A stretch of 64,000 bases of DNA, from contig OY761158.1 in NCBI GenBank assembly GCA_963664405.1, positions 6,336,001 to 6,400,000 of the forward strand, given 5' to 3'. Source of the stretch: Thermoanaerobaculia bacterium. Lineage in GTDB: Bacteria > Acidobacteriota > Thermoanaerobaculia > Multivoradales > Multivoraceae. Below the pieces are notes generated by a model. The model saw only the letters and a program-made list of their open reading frames with translations. It searched no databases and had not been told where the DNA came from. Shown here one piece after another: positions 1 through 9,625 of the stretch. Every line of letters starts with the position of its first letter. Position 1 is the first letter of the stretch. The position numbers and the translations under genes were made by a program.

Positions 1-93
1 TCCCATGGCGTCCTTGAGCTCATCCATGGTGGCCATCTGTTCGCTCATCAAGAGCTCGCGCACTGTTGCATCACGATCTTCGGCTCGTACCAT
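1..93 (-). CDS. 5' part of a hypothetical protein (MVRAEDRDATVRELLMSEQMATMDELKDAMG...), runs off the window; possibly IS-associated
   Basis: ATG at 93 with GGAAGGGG upstream; frame open to the window edge. Confidence 0.45.
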   Translation of the reverse strand, partial: MVRAEDRDATVRELLMSEQMATMDELKDAMG

Positions 94-771
94 TTGGTAT
101 AGTTCCCCTTCCAAAAGAGGTGACAGGGAAAACTATACCAAATGCGGGCAGGGCTATGCTAGCTCTAAACCTTGCAAACAAGGCGCGTACCGGAGGATTA
201 TGCGGTGGCTGAAGAAGGGGGCAGTGGTATGGTCACCCCAGATACTGGAAACTTATTTCCGCGCCGACCCTAAGGTGCCGAAAGGCATCCACACAATGAG
301 CTGCGGTCTGCGTGGGCCGGACTGGCTCAACGCTACCTTAATGTGCATGATTGGAAGAGTCAATCATTTGCATCAAGCAATCGAACGCCCGCTCAGCCTG
401 GCTGGAGCGTGAGCTTCAGCTTGCCGAGTTGCGTCGCCCAATCCAGCCCCGACCCAAGGCAGAATATCCGGCTGGCACCTTGGCAGCCGAAGGCTGCCCG
501 GGCTTTCCAACCGAAGTCCGAAGGCTATTCGTCGTCTCTTGGCGGCGGCAACACTGCAGATGATCGGACTACTTCGAGCGACGGATCTCATCGGCGGCTT
601 CCAGGCGTGGCGGGCGGCGGGTCTCCCCGTGGTCAGAGGCCGTTCACCATCGGCGCCTCGCTTGTTCAAGCGACCGTGAAACGCTGGGTAGGCATTGTCA
701 GCTTAAGAGTCTGCCCCTTACAAAGAGTTACCGAGGGACGCCACCCCGGCTCCGCCGTGAAGTGTTCGTCG

Positions 772-1017
772 CTAGAGGCTCACGGGGGAGCCGAGCTCCT
801 CCAAGTGCCGCGCGATCAACATCTTGATCAAGGACTGCCGAGGCACTCCTAGCCTCGAGGCCTCGCGATCAAGTGACTCGATCATCCAGATGGGGAAGTC
901 CACGTTGACGCGTCGTTGGTCGTGGCCGGGGCGACGCGCCTTCGTGAGGTCGAGGTACTTCAGGATGTCCTCGCCGGTGTCGAACTTCCGGTCGAGTTCC
1001 TTTGCCTTAGCCTTCAT
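772..1017 (-). CDS. brnA: BrnA/CopG-like ribbon-helix-helix antitoxin
   Basis: MKAKELDRKFDTGEDILKYLDL...RRVNVDFPIWMIESLDREASRLGVPRQSLIK; overlaps the 3' end of the toxin gene. Confidence 0.85.
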   Translation of the reverse strand: MKAKAKELDRKFDTGEDILKYLDLTKARRPGHDQRRVNVDFPIWMIESLDREASRLGVPRQSLIKMLIARHLEELGSPVSL

Positions 1018-1267
1018 AGAGTTCAACCTCCTCTCCGCGGGATCTGCGTACCGAGATGACCCGCGCGCGATCGCTTCGATAGGTGATCACGGCGGACCAA
1101 TGAACGTCGCCGATCTTGCCGACAACCAGGAACCGTGGTTCGTCCGTGGTGCGGGCCGGCACTTCGATTCGATCCGGGTCGTTCCATAGTTGCTGTGCCT
1201 CGGTGAAATCGATGCCATGCTTCGTCAGATTCGAGCGGCTCTTTCGCGCGTCGAACTCGAAGTTCAT
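1007..1267 (-). CDS. brnT: BrnT family ribonuclease toxin
   Basis: MNFEFDARKSRSNLTKHGIDF...RVISVRRS motifs; 86 aa from ATG 1267. Confidence 0.9.
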   Translation of the reverse strand: MNFEFDARKSRSNLTKHGIDFTEAQQLWNDPDRIEVPARTTDEPRFLVVGKIGDVHWSAVITYRSDRARVISVRRSRGEEVELYEG

Positions 1268-1284
1268 GGTATAGAAAGTATACC
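1268..1284. promoter_or_regulatory. Putative autoregulatory operator of brnTA
   Basis: GGTATA-gaaag-TATACC dyad directly upstream of the brnT ATG. Confidence 0.45.
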
Positions 1285-1641
1285 TTTCCCCGCCCTGTCC
1301 GAGAAATCGGCCGCGTCCTGAGTGCCTGCCAGATCGACGTTTGATGACGGCCAAGATCCCAGGATGAGAGGCGTGCTGCCCCGTAGAGCGCGAAAAAGCA
1401 GCCGGCACGGGCTTTCCAACAGAAGTGGAGCTACCCCGTTTCAGTGGACAGTTAGTTGTTGGGGTGATCGTACGGTGGCGCTCGGCCCGGTTGCTGTGAG
1501 CAGTCGGGCTCTGCCGTAGGATCGTCCTCGGGCCCCTCAGATTCCGTCTACCTACGCAGAAGGCATATCACTTCCCGGTTCGGTCTCCCTCACCGGTTCC
1601 GGCGCCGGCTCATGGCGCTGCGCGCCGTGCCTTGGCGCAGC

Positions 1642-1670
1642 AAAAAAAACCGGCGGCCGAAGCCGCCGGT
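1642..1670 (-). terminator. Rho-independent terminator of the TonB receptor gene
   Basis: Minus strand ACCGGCGGC-TTCG-GCCGCCGG followed by T8, about 40 nt after the stop at 1709. Confidence 0.9.
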
Positions 1671-1708
1671 CTCTCGCTGTCTCTGTCTTATCGAACGCGG
1701 AGTCGCGC

Positions 1709-1979
1709 TTAGAATAGGAAGCCCACTTTGAGGCGAAACTCCCGCGTGGTCTGGTAAGAACCGATCGTGTTGGGGGGCAGGCCGTTGGAGCGGGTGACAA
1801 CTGCTTGTTCCTGCTCGTCGGTGATGTTGGCGACCTCGAACCCGAGCTGGCCGCTGAACTTCCCGCCAACTGGGAATTCCCACATGGCGTTCACGTTGAG
1901 GGTGAAGAGCTCCTCGAGAGTATTCGCGTCGATCGGCTCGCGGGCCGTCGAGGTATTGATCCTCTGACCGGACACCGGG
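1709..1979 (-). pseudogene. C-terminal fragment of the TonB-dependent receptor
   Basis: PVSGQRINTST...REFRLKVGFLF, with the terminal Phe typical of beta-barrels; joins in frame to the 13082-10672 part. Confidence 0.9.
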
Positions 1980-2026
1980 GGCGGATTCAACTGGTCGTCG
2001 CAACATCTCGTGATGGAGGTGTTTCG

Positions 2027-3245
2027 ATGGGAGTTGGCAAGTGTCAGGGTGCGATTCGAGCGATGCGTGGCCAGATGCGGTCACCTGGCCGGCCCTCGAC
2101 AGCGCGGCGCGAGGACCGGATCCGGTTCTGGGAGACGATCGCTCGTGGGGCGTCCAGCGAGGACGCCGCAACAGAGGCTGGGGTGTCGCCGGCTGTCGGG
2201 TCGAGATGGTTCAGGCAAGCTGGTGGAATGCGACCTATCTCGTTGGCTCCGGTGTCGGGGCGTTATCTGTCGTTCGCCGAGCGTGAAGAGATCGCCATCC
2301 TTCACGCTCAGCATGTTGGGGTACGTGAGATCGCTCGCCGCCTGGGTCGTTCACCGTCGACGATTTCGCGGGAGCTGCGCCGCAACGCGGCGACTCGCAG
2401 CCGTGCCGTAACTTATCGGGCCACGACTGCGCAGTGGCACGCAGAGCGGCGCGCCAGCCGTCCGAAGGTCTCCAAGCTTGCCGCGAACGATGCCTTGCGT
2501 GAGTACGTGCAGAACCGCCTCGCCGGCGTGATCGCAAGGCCTGACGGGGAGCTGGTGCCGGGTCCGGATGTGCGTTGGATCGGCCGTCGGCACGGCCGTC
2601 GCCAGGATCGGCGTTGGGCGAAATCCTGGAGTCCGGAGCAGATCTCGAACCGGCTTCGGATTGATTTCCCCCATAATGAGTCGATGCGGATCTCTCACGA
2701 GGCGATCTACCAAGCGCTCTACATCCAAGGTCGAGGAGCCCTCAAACGCGAGCTCGTCGCGTGCCTGCGAACCGGGCGAGCGCTACGAGTGCCGCATGCG
2801 CGAACCCGGGGGAGAGGCAAGAAATTTGTAACTCCGGAGATCATGATCAGCGAACGCCCCGCCGAAGCCGGCGACAGGGCCGTGCCGGGTCACTGGGAAG
2901 GCGACCTGATCGTCGGGCTCGAGAGCTCAGCGATCGGGACCCTCGTCGAACGCACTACGCGGTTCACGATGCTGCTGCACCTGCCCCGCATGGAAGGGCA
3001 CGGGACCGAATCGAGGGTGAAGAACGGGCCGGCCCTCGCCGGGCACGGCGCCGAAGCCGTCCGTGACGCGATCGCGGTGTCAATCACCACGCTGCCCGAG
3101 CAGCTCCGCCGGTCCTTGACCTGGGACCAGGGCGCCGAGATGGCTCAACACGCTCAACTCCGCGTCGATACCGGCCTCGCGATCTACTTCTGCGACCCGC
3201 ACAGCCCCTGGCAGCGGGGCACCAACGAGAACACCAACGGACTAC
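2027..3245 (+). pseudogene. IS30 transposase, N-terminal part (interrupted by IS21)
   Basis: HTH RSPSTISRELRRN; GHWEGDLI; LTWDQG; PWQRGTNENTNGL; GGAGG before ATG 2027. Confidence 0.93.
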
Positions 3246-3604
3246 TGTTGATGGCTGCGAGCAAGCGCATCCCGTTGGCTGCGAGCGCAGTTTCCGGGAT
3301 GGAGTGAGCTGAGGGCTTCGCGACCGCGGGAAAGCTAGGCCTTCTTCAGGAAGGGCGGCATCATCCCGCCGGAACGGCGGTCCGGGTGCGTGGTCCCGGC
3401 GGCGTGTTTGCGGTCGGAAGAGATGCGTGAGTCGGTGTAGGGCTTTGCAGTGCGGGCTCTGCTCTGATAGAGCAGGCCGACCAGAGACGGCGAGAGCCCG
3501 GGAAAGCGAAGTAGAAAACGCCCCGGGCTCTGCCCCAAACCGCAGCATTAGCTGCGCTTGCAGTATGGCAGAGAGTCGGGGTCGTCGTCGAATGGGAGGC
3601 GACG

Positions 3605-4000
3605 ATGCGACCGGACTACCGACTCTTCGACTGTGCTCGATGCCGTCGGCGTATCTCGCTGTGCTCGCACTGTGACCGTGGCCAGCGTTACTGCCGGGCT
3701 TGTGCTCTGGTGGCTCGTCGGGAATCGACTCGGGCGGCCGGCCATCGGTACCAGCGAAGCCTCCGAGGTCGGCATTGTCATGCCGCCCGTCAGGCCCGCT
3801 ACCGTCGGCGCCAGCGCGAGCGGGCAGAGAAAGTGACGCATCAGGGTACCCCAGGCGGTACTTCGGGGAGGACACTGTGTCGGATCGAGACTCCGAGGCG
3901 CGAAGTGCGCTACGACCCGAGGAATCCGCGATGCATGCAGTGTGGAGAGGCCTGCCGAGAGTTTGTGCGAACGAGCTTTCGTCGTTGCCGACGGAGATAG
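3605..4000 (+). CDS. Cys/Arg-rich, probably zinc-binding, accessory protein of the IS21 element
   Basis: CARC, CSHC, YCRAC and CMQC motifs; ends 4 nt before istA. Confidence 0.7.
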   Translation: MRPDYRLFDCARCRRRISLCSHCDRGQRYCRACALVARRESTRAAGHRYQRSLRGRHCHAARQARYRRRQRERAEKVTHQGTPGGTSGRTLCRIETPRREVRYDPRNPRCMQCGEACREFVRTSFRRCRRR

Positions 4001-4004
4001 GGGC

Positions 4005-4684
4005 GTGATCGACGCACAGCTGCGCGGGGAGATCCGTCGTCTGTTCCTGGTCGAGAAGTGGAAAGTCGGCACGATCGCTCGACAGCTACAGCTGCACCCC
4101 TCAACCGTGCGCCGGGCGCTGGAGAAGTCCGGCGTGCTACCCCAGCAGCGACGAGGGAGGATGATCGATCCTTACCTGCCGTTCATCGAGCAGGTGCTCG
4201 GGACCTACCCACGACTGCCGGCGAGCCGTCTCTACACCATGGTGGTGGAGCGCGGCTATCCAGGAGGCCCGGATCAGTTTCGCCACCTGGTGGCCTCGAT
4301 GCGACCGAAGCCCCAGCGCGAGGCGTTTCTCTCGCTGCGCATGCTGCCAGGAGAGCAGGCGCAGGTCGACTGGGGCCACTTCGGTCGGCTCCGCGTCGGC
4401 CGGGCACATCGTCGGCTCTATGCCTTCGTCTTCGTGCTGTCGTTCTCGCGCACGGTCTTCGTGCACTTCACCCTCGACACTCGTCTCGAAACCTTCTTGC
4501 ACGCTCACCAGCTGGCCTTCCACTACGTCGACGGCGTCGTCAGGACCGTTCTGTACGACAACCTGCGAACCGCGGTGATCGAGCGGCAGGGAACCGCGGT
4601 GCGCTTCCATCCCGTGCTGCTCGATTTCGCCAGCCACTACGGCTTCCTTCCCACCGTCGCCGCGGTGGCTCGGGGAAATGAGAA
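4005..4684 (+). pseudogene. istA: IS21 transposase IstA, N-terminal part
   Basis: PGEQAQVDWG, LYDNLRT, ARGNEK; broken by the recombinase element. Confidence 0.92.
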
Positions 4685-4687
4685 GGG

Positions 4688-6781
4688 CTACGCTTCACAC
4701 TGCACCTCCTCCGTAGGGTTCGGTTCGACGTCGAGGCGGCGCCGTCGTTTCGAGAGTTTTCGGCCCTGCATTTTGACGGGCGGGTCGTCGCCGGGATGCT
4801 CGTAGAGGCACTCGTTCTTGTCGTTGTAGGCATGGGCACGCAGCAGGCCGTGGTTGCGCCATGTCTTCACCGTGTGGGTCGCGACACCCAGTAGGTCAGC
4901 CATCTCTTCGAGGGTAAGCATTCCCCCCTCACGCAGTCGGTCGTACCTCTTCTTGATGTCGTAGTCACGGCGCAGTCGCCGGACGATGCCGGCGTGAAAT
5001 CGTTTGCCCTCTCCGGAGAGATGGCCTCTGTCGTTGAGGATGCTCGCAATCTCGGCCTCGGTGTAGTCATCAAGCAGGGTATCAATCTCGGCAACGACCT
5101 GTTTCGAGGTTTGGCGTAACTCCCATGCTGTCGGCGGAATGGGCAGTTTGAGACTTCGTGTCGCGCCACCTCGGAAGCGGACACCGACAACGATCTCGTC
5201 GCCCTTCGTCAAGGTGACGTCCTCGATGAGCAAGCGCACCATGCGCTTGCGCTCGCGTTGAGGCGTCTTCGGGTCGTTCCACAACCGCGGGAAGTCGGTG
5301 GCGAGGGCGAGGATCTCTTCTCGTTGCTGGTCGCCGAGCTGTTGGTGATCTTGCTGGCGGCGCTGCTCGAGCTCCTCCTGTGCGTCGTGCAGCCCGCGCA
5401 GCCTCTCGTTCCACTCGGCCTCGAGGACATCCACCACGAGGCGGTTCCCCGGATCGACCTCCATGAAGCGACGCCGAGCCAAGTCAGCCTCCTGTCGAGC
5501 TCGCTGTACGTGCTGGCGCCGCAGGGAATCGGCCTCGTGGATCCGTGCATCGAGCTCGACCTGGACTTTCAGTGCAACCTCCAGAGTCACAGGCGTAACC
5601 GTCTCCACAAGCAGCTCTCCGATGGCCCGATCGATGCCCTTGCCCGGGATCGACTGACACTTGGGTGTCGCGGTGTCGATGCCCTCGCGCTGGCAGACGT
5701 ACTCGGGCCACTGAGTGCCCCTGCGCGTGTGATAGCGGACCGTCATCCGATGGCCACAAACGCCGCAGAGGACCAAGCCCTGCACCAGCGCTGGCCCCTC
5801 GCGCGGTGGGCTCTTGCGCCGGTCTCGGCCGTGGGCCTGGGCGTTGTCTCGTAGTCGTCTCAGGTTTTCTTCGAATTGTTCCCAGGGAATGTATCCGGGG
5901 TGCGCGTCGAGCAACAGCGCGGTCCACTCCTCCCGCGGAAGCGACTTGACCTCGACGGTGCCGTTGACGCGCCTTTGCGTGTGAGTGCGACCGAAACAGA
6001 AAGCGCCAGCGTAGCGGGGATTGTGCAGCACCCTCAGGACGCGCCAGTGGCGCAACGACTCCCACAACAGCTCTCCCTTGTGGGGGCCGAAGCGCGGCCG
6101 GCGCGGAAACCGCAAGCCTTGCTCGCGGAAGTGTTTGACCGTCGCCGAGGCCGAGCCCATACGCTCGAAGGTCTCGAACAGGTGCTCGAAGCTCCGTTGG
6201 ACCTGGCCGTCGGGATCGAGCACCACGTTACCGGTCGGGTCGTAGAGTAGGCCGACGGGTAACGGGGTTTGCAGCGCACCTCGGCGCGCCTGATTCAGAA
6301 TGCCTCCGCGCAGCCGAGCCCGCATCACGTGAAGCTCCGCCTCGCTCATCGTGCCCTTGAGCCCGAGCAGAAGGCGATCGTTGAAATCACTCGGGCTGTA
6401 GACCCCGTCCTCGTCAAGGATCAGCGTGTCGGTCAGCGCGCAGATCTCCAGCAGTCGATGCCAGTCCGTGCTATTGCGTGCCAGGCGCGAAACCTCCAGC
6501 CCGAGAACGATCCCGGCTCGGCCCATACCGACCTCGCCGACGAGCTTCTGAAAGCCCTCGCGGTCGACGCTGGAAGCTGCGGACTTACCCAGGTCCGAGT
6601 CGATCACGATGACTCGCTCGATGGGCCATCCCATCGCCACCGCGCGCTCTCGCAACGCGTACTGGCGTCTCGTGCTCTCCGTATTCTCGAACACCTGGCG
6701 CACGGTCGACTGGCGAACATACAGGTACGCATCGCGTCGCAGGTGGCTTGGGGTCACCTTCTGGTGGGCGCTTGCGCTCAT
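4688..6781 (-). CDS. Large serine recombinase (resolvase, recombinase, Zn-ribbon and C-terminal HTH domains)
   Basis: YLYVRQS catalytic Ser motif, DLGKS, EVSRLAR, LHNPRYAG, LCGVCGHRM. Confidence 0.95.
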   Translation of the reverse strand: MSASAHQKVTPSHLRRDAYLYVRQSTVRQVFENTESTRRQYALRERAVAMGWPIERVIVIDSDLGKSAASSVDREGFQKLVGEVGMGRAGIVLGLEVSRLARNSTDWHRLLEICALTDTLILDEDGVYSPSDFNDRLLLGLKGTMSEAELHVMRARLRGGILNQARRGALQTPLPVGLLYDPTGNVVLDPDGQVQRSFEHLFETFERMGSASATVKHFREQGLRFPRRPRFGPHKGELLWESLRHWRVLRVLHNPRYAGAFCFGRTHTQRRVNGTVEVKSLPREEWTALLLDAHPGYIPWEQFEENLRRLRDNAQAHGRDRRKSPPREGPALVQGLVLCGVCGHRMTVRYHTRRGTQWPEYVCQREGIDTATPKCQSIPGKGIDRAIGELLVETVTPVTLEVALKVQVELDARIHEADSLRRQHVQRARQEADLARRRFMEVDPGNRLVVDVLEAEWNERLRGLHDAQEELEQRRQQDHQQLGDQQREEILALATDFPRLWNDPKTPQRERKRMVRLLIEDVTLTKGDEIVVGVRFRGGATRSLKLPIPPTAWELRQTSKQVVAEIDTLLDDYTEAEIASILNDRGHLSGEGKRFHAGIVRRLRRDYDIKKRYDRLREGGMLTLEEMADLLGVATHTVKTWRNHGLLRAHAYNDKNECLYEHPGDDPPVKMQGRKLSKRRRRLDVEPNPTEEVQCEA

Positions 6782-7065
6782 GCGTGGTTCTCCTCTAGAT
6801 GGCTGAGAGCCATGGCGGCCAGCACGTTGATCAGATCCGCGCTCGTATCGTGAGGCAGTGCGGACGGCCTGGCTATCTCGGCGGACGGTGCCGGGGTCGG
6901 CGCGGGCATCTTGGACCCCTGTTCAACCCAAGCGGCCAGCCCTTGTCGCAGGAGAACGGCCAAGCCGAACCGAACCGATAGGAGCTGCCGCTTCGCCGCA
7001 TGTCCTCGGAGCTCCTCGTAGCGAGCGACATGGGCCGGAGCGTTCTGCTGGCGTGTCGCGCTCAT
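6778..7065 (-). CDS. Small hypothetical protein (Y4bB-like) of the recombinase element
   Basis: RYEELR...GLAVLLRQGLAAW; 4-bp overlaps with both neighbours. Confidence 0.8.
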   Translation of the reverse strand: MSATRQQNAPAHVARYEELRGHAAKRQLLSVRFGLAVLLRQGLAAWVEQGSKMPAPTPAPSAEIARPSALPHDTSADLINVLAAMALSHLEENHA

Positions 7066-7529
7066 GGCCGGCGTTTTTTTTCCTGGCGAGCCAGGGCTCG
7101 CTCAATGCTGCGCGGATGGATCGAGATGCCAAAGCGCTTCTGCACCCACTCGACCAGGGCGGTTGCATCTGCGTCCGGCTCCCCCTCCAGCCTGTCGTGC
7201 AGGGCCTCGACGACCTCCTCGGATAGCTTGTGGGCGCGGCGCGGCCCCGGCTTTCTTGGCAGCAACGCGGGTAGGCCGCCTTCTTCGTAAACCACCTGGG
7301 CGTGGTAGAAGGATGGGCGCGACAACCCGAAGCTTGCCGCGCTCCGGCTCACCGTGTGTCTGTCCACCCGGACACGGCGCAGCATCTCGTACTTGACCTG
7401 CACGAGGTCTCGAGGGTCGAAGAACTCGCTCGAGGTGAACAAATCGTCCGAGACCTTCTCCGGCTGGGGATGAAGGCACCCTCGTTGACGGAGGGCCTCG
7501 GCTTTCGGGTCGGGTCTGCGTCGCGGCAT
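7062..7529 (-). CDS. HTH protein (Y4bC-like) of the recombinase element
   Basis: FFDPRDLVQVKYEMLRRV, FGLSRPSFY, IHPRSIERAL; GAGGAG RBS before ATG 7529. Confidence 0.85.
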   Translation of the reverse strand: MPRRRPDPKAEALRQRGCLHPQPEKVSDDLFTSSEFFDPRDLVQVKYEMLRRVRVDRHTVSRSAASFGLSRPSFYHAQVVYEEGGLPALLPRKPGPRRAHKLSEEVVEALHDRLEGEPDADATALVEWVQKRFGISIHPRSIERALARQEKKRRP

Positions 7530-7541
7530 GGTCTCCTCATG

Positions 7542-7688
7542 GAATGTAATTCTAATTATGCCTTTCATGGATCCTCTGTCAAGGGGTGTCCACCAAGAGA
7601 GTACCGATAGATCGTGCATTAAATTGGCCTATCTCTACACTCCTGGTCACACTCTGGCACTCTTCCCGACATAATTGTGATTACATTC
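7542..7688. promoter_or_regulatory. AT-rich inverted repeat pair upstream of the HTH gene, putative operator/promoter
   Basis: GAATGTAATTCTAATTATG (7542-7560) vs rc of 7670-7688 GAATGTAATCACAATTATG, 16/19 match. Confidence 0.5.
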
Positions 7689-7741
7689 ACGGCATAATCT
7701 CCTTTACGCACGGTGCCCCTCAACCGTCCTCGCGCAGCTCT

Positions 7742-8036
7742 TCATCGCTCGCTCTCCCGGGTCAGCTTGGCGAGCTCGAGCAGGTCGGCCAAGCGGTACA
7801 TCGATCTGCCTGCGGAGAGGACAACCACGGGGTCCTCGGCCACCGCACTCGTCCAACGCGCTGGAAGGGAGCGTAGCTCCTCGCATTCATCCAGGTAGAA
7901 GACCCGGTCCTCGCCCCAGCACTGGCGATAGTGAGCCAGCTCGTACTCACGCCCCAACAGCGGGTGGAACGGATGGGTTACCCGAAAACGTCGTTGCTCA
8001 CAATCTGTATCGGGTGCATTCGACCATTGAGCCCAA
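7742..8036 (-). CDS. DUF5372 (Y4bD/Y4pK-like) protein; lacks a start codon in the integrated state
   Basis: FRVTHPFHPL...WGEDRV...LPARWT...LLEL; no ATG/GTG/TTG between attR and the conserved THPFHP. Confidence 0.8.
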
Positions 8037-8865
8037 AGGCCGCGTCGAGCGCGCAATCCGCTTCCTGCGAAGCTCGTTCTTCGGCGCCCGAACGGTGAGC
8101 GATTTGGATCGTCTGAATCGGCAGGTCCTGGAATGGTGCCAGAGGTCGCAGCGCAGACCCTGGCCGCAGGACCGACAGCGAACCGTGAAAAGCGCCCTGG
8201 CCCAGGAACGACCTCGACTGCTTGAGCTTCCCGGAGACGACTTCGAAACCGACCTGCGACTGGAGATCAAGGTCAGAAAGACGCCGATCGTGCGCTTCGA
8301 CCTCAACGACTACTCGGTGCCGCACAGTCATGTGCAGAGGACCGTCACGCTCCTCGCCAGCGAGCATCGGGTGCGGATCCTCGATGGCCAGGAGCTCCTC
8401 GCCGAGCACCCTCGCTCGTACTCCCGGGGCGAGCAGATCCTCGATCCTCAACACCTCGAGGAGCTCCTCGCTCACAAACGCAGGGCCCGACGACACCGGG
8501 GCTTCCATCGGCTGTTTTCCGCTGTGCCTCGATGCGAAGAGCTGATGCAGCAGCTCGCCGAGCGAGGCGAGAACCTCGGAACGCAGACCGCCGGCCTGCT
8601 CCGACTCCTGCGCCAGTACGGCCCCCAGCGACTCGACAAAGCCGTGCGCGAAGCGCTCCTGAACCACGCACCGCGATTCCAGTCCGTCCGGCTCCTACTC
8701 GAACGGCACCAGCGCGGCCTCGGTCAGCCCCCGGCTTTACCGGTGCCGCTCAGCCAGGAGCTCCAACAGCGAGATCTCTCCGTGAGACCGCACAACCTCG
8801 AGGACTACGACCAACTTGGAGGCAACGACGATGGCCCGACCCAGGAAGAGTCCAACGATCCCTGA
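8037..8865 (+). pseudogene. istA: IS21 transposase IstA, C-terminal part
   Basis: GRVERAIRFLRSSFF, VRFDLNDYSVP; in frame with 4005-4684 (1509 nt in total). Confidence 0.92.
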
Positions 8866-9625
8866 CGAACCACTACGAGAGCTCGCCCGATCCCTCGGCT
8901 TCTACGCCCTCGTCGACGACTGGGGCACCTACCGAGAACAGCCCTGGCTCGAACAGCTGCTGCGCAAAGAAGAGGCCGAGCGCAAACGGCGCAGCCTCGA
9001 ACGGCGCATCCGCACCAGCCGCGTCGGGCTCTTCAAGAGCATCGCCGACTTCGACTTCTCCTGGCCCCAGCGCATCGACCGCGAGCAGATCCAGGATCTG
9101 CTCACCCTCCAATTCCTCGACGACATCACCAACGTCATCCTCCTCGGACCCAACGGTGTCGGCAAGACCATGATTGCCAAGAACCTCCTCTACCAGGCGC
9201 TGCAACGAGGGGCCACCGCCAGCTTCGTCACCGCCTCCGACATGCTCAACGATCTCGCCGTCCAGGAAACCCCCTCGGCGCTCCAGAGAAGGCTCTCCAA
9301 ATACACCCGACCCTCGCTTTTGGCAATCGATGAGCTCGGCTATCTCTCCTACGACCACCGCCACGCGGATCTCCTCTTCGAGGTCGTCTCCAGGAGATAC
9401 GGCAACAAGCCCATTCTTCTCACCACCAACAAGCCCTTCGCCGAATGGGCCGAGGTCTTTCCCAACGCCTCCTGCGTCGTCACTCTCGTCGATCGACTCA
9501 CCCACCACGCCGAGATCGTCAAGATCGAGGCTAACTCCTATCGCCGCAAGGAGGCCAAGGAGGCTGCTGAAAAAAAGGCCAAGGACCGCGCCAAAAGGCG
9601 GAGCGCAGCACGACGACGCTCATGA
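8831..9625 (+). CDS. istB: IS21 helper ATPase IstB
   Basis: Walker A GPNGVGKT, Walker B LLAIDELGY, LVDRLTHH, SYR. Confidence 0.96.
   Translation: MARPRKSPTIPDEPLRELARSLGFYALVDDWGTYREQPWLEQLLRKEEAERKRRSLERRIRTSRVGLFKSIADFDFSWPQRIDREQIQDLLTLQFLDDITNVILLGPNGVGKTMIAKNLLYQALQRGATASFVTASDMLNDLAVQETPSALQRRLSKYTRPSLLAIDELGYLSYDHRHADLLFEVVSRRYGNKPILLTTNKPFAEWAEVFPNASCVVTLVDRLTHHAEIVKIEANSYRRKEAKEAAEKKAKDRAKRRSAARRRS

Larger units (their letters stand above)
4683..8036 (-). mobile_element. Large serine recombinase integrative element (Y4bA-D-like four-gene cassette) inserted in istA
   Basis: Removal restores istA GAG AAA GGC CGC (EKGRVER); shared AA core at 4683-4684 and 8035-8036; no TSD or terminal IRs; rejoined ends form a dyad. 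Confidence 0.88.

Noticed and set aside
343-852. Short overlapping ORFs between the edge gene and brnA
   Set aside because: No recognisable motifs or RBS; the frames conflict with one another.
1427-1452. GGAGCTACCCCGTTTCAGTGGACAG resembling an IS3-family end
   Set aside because: No TG terminus, partner IR or adjacent transposase; at most an orphan remnant.
1805-3307. 500-aa IS30 ORF as a complete transposase
   Set aside because: The called start lies outside the IRL, and the tail runs into the IS21 left end.
8037-8056. TTG at 8056 as the start of DUF5372
   Set aside because: It lies outside the element, in antisense istA, with no clear RBS.
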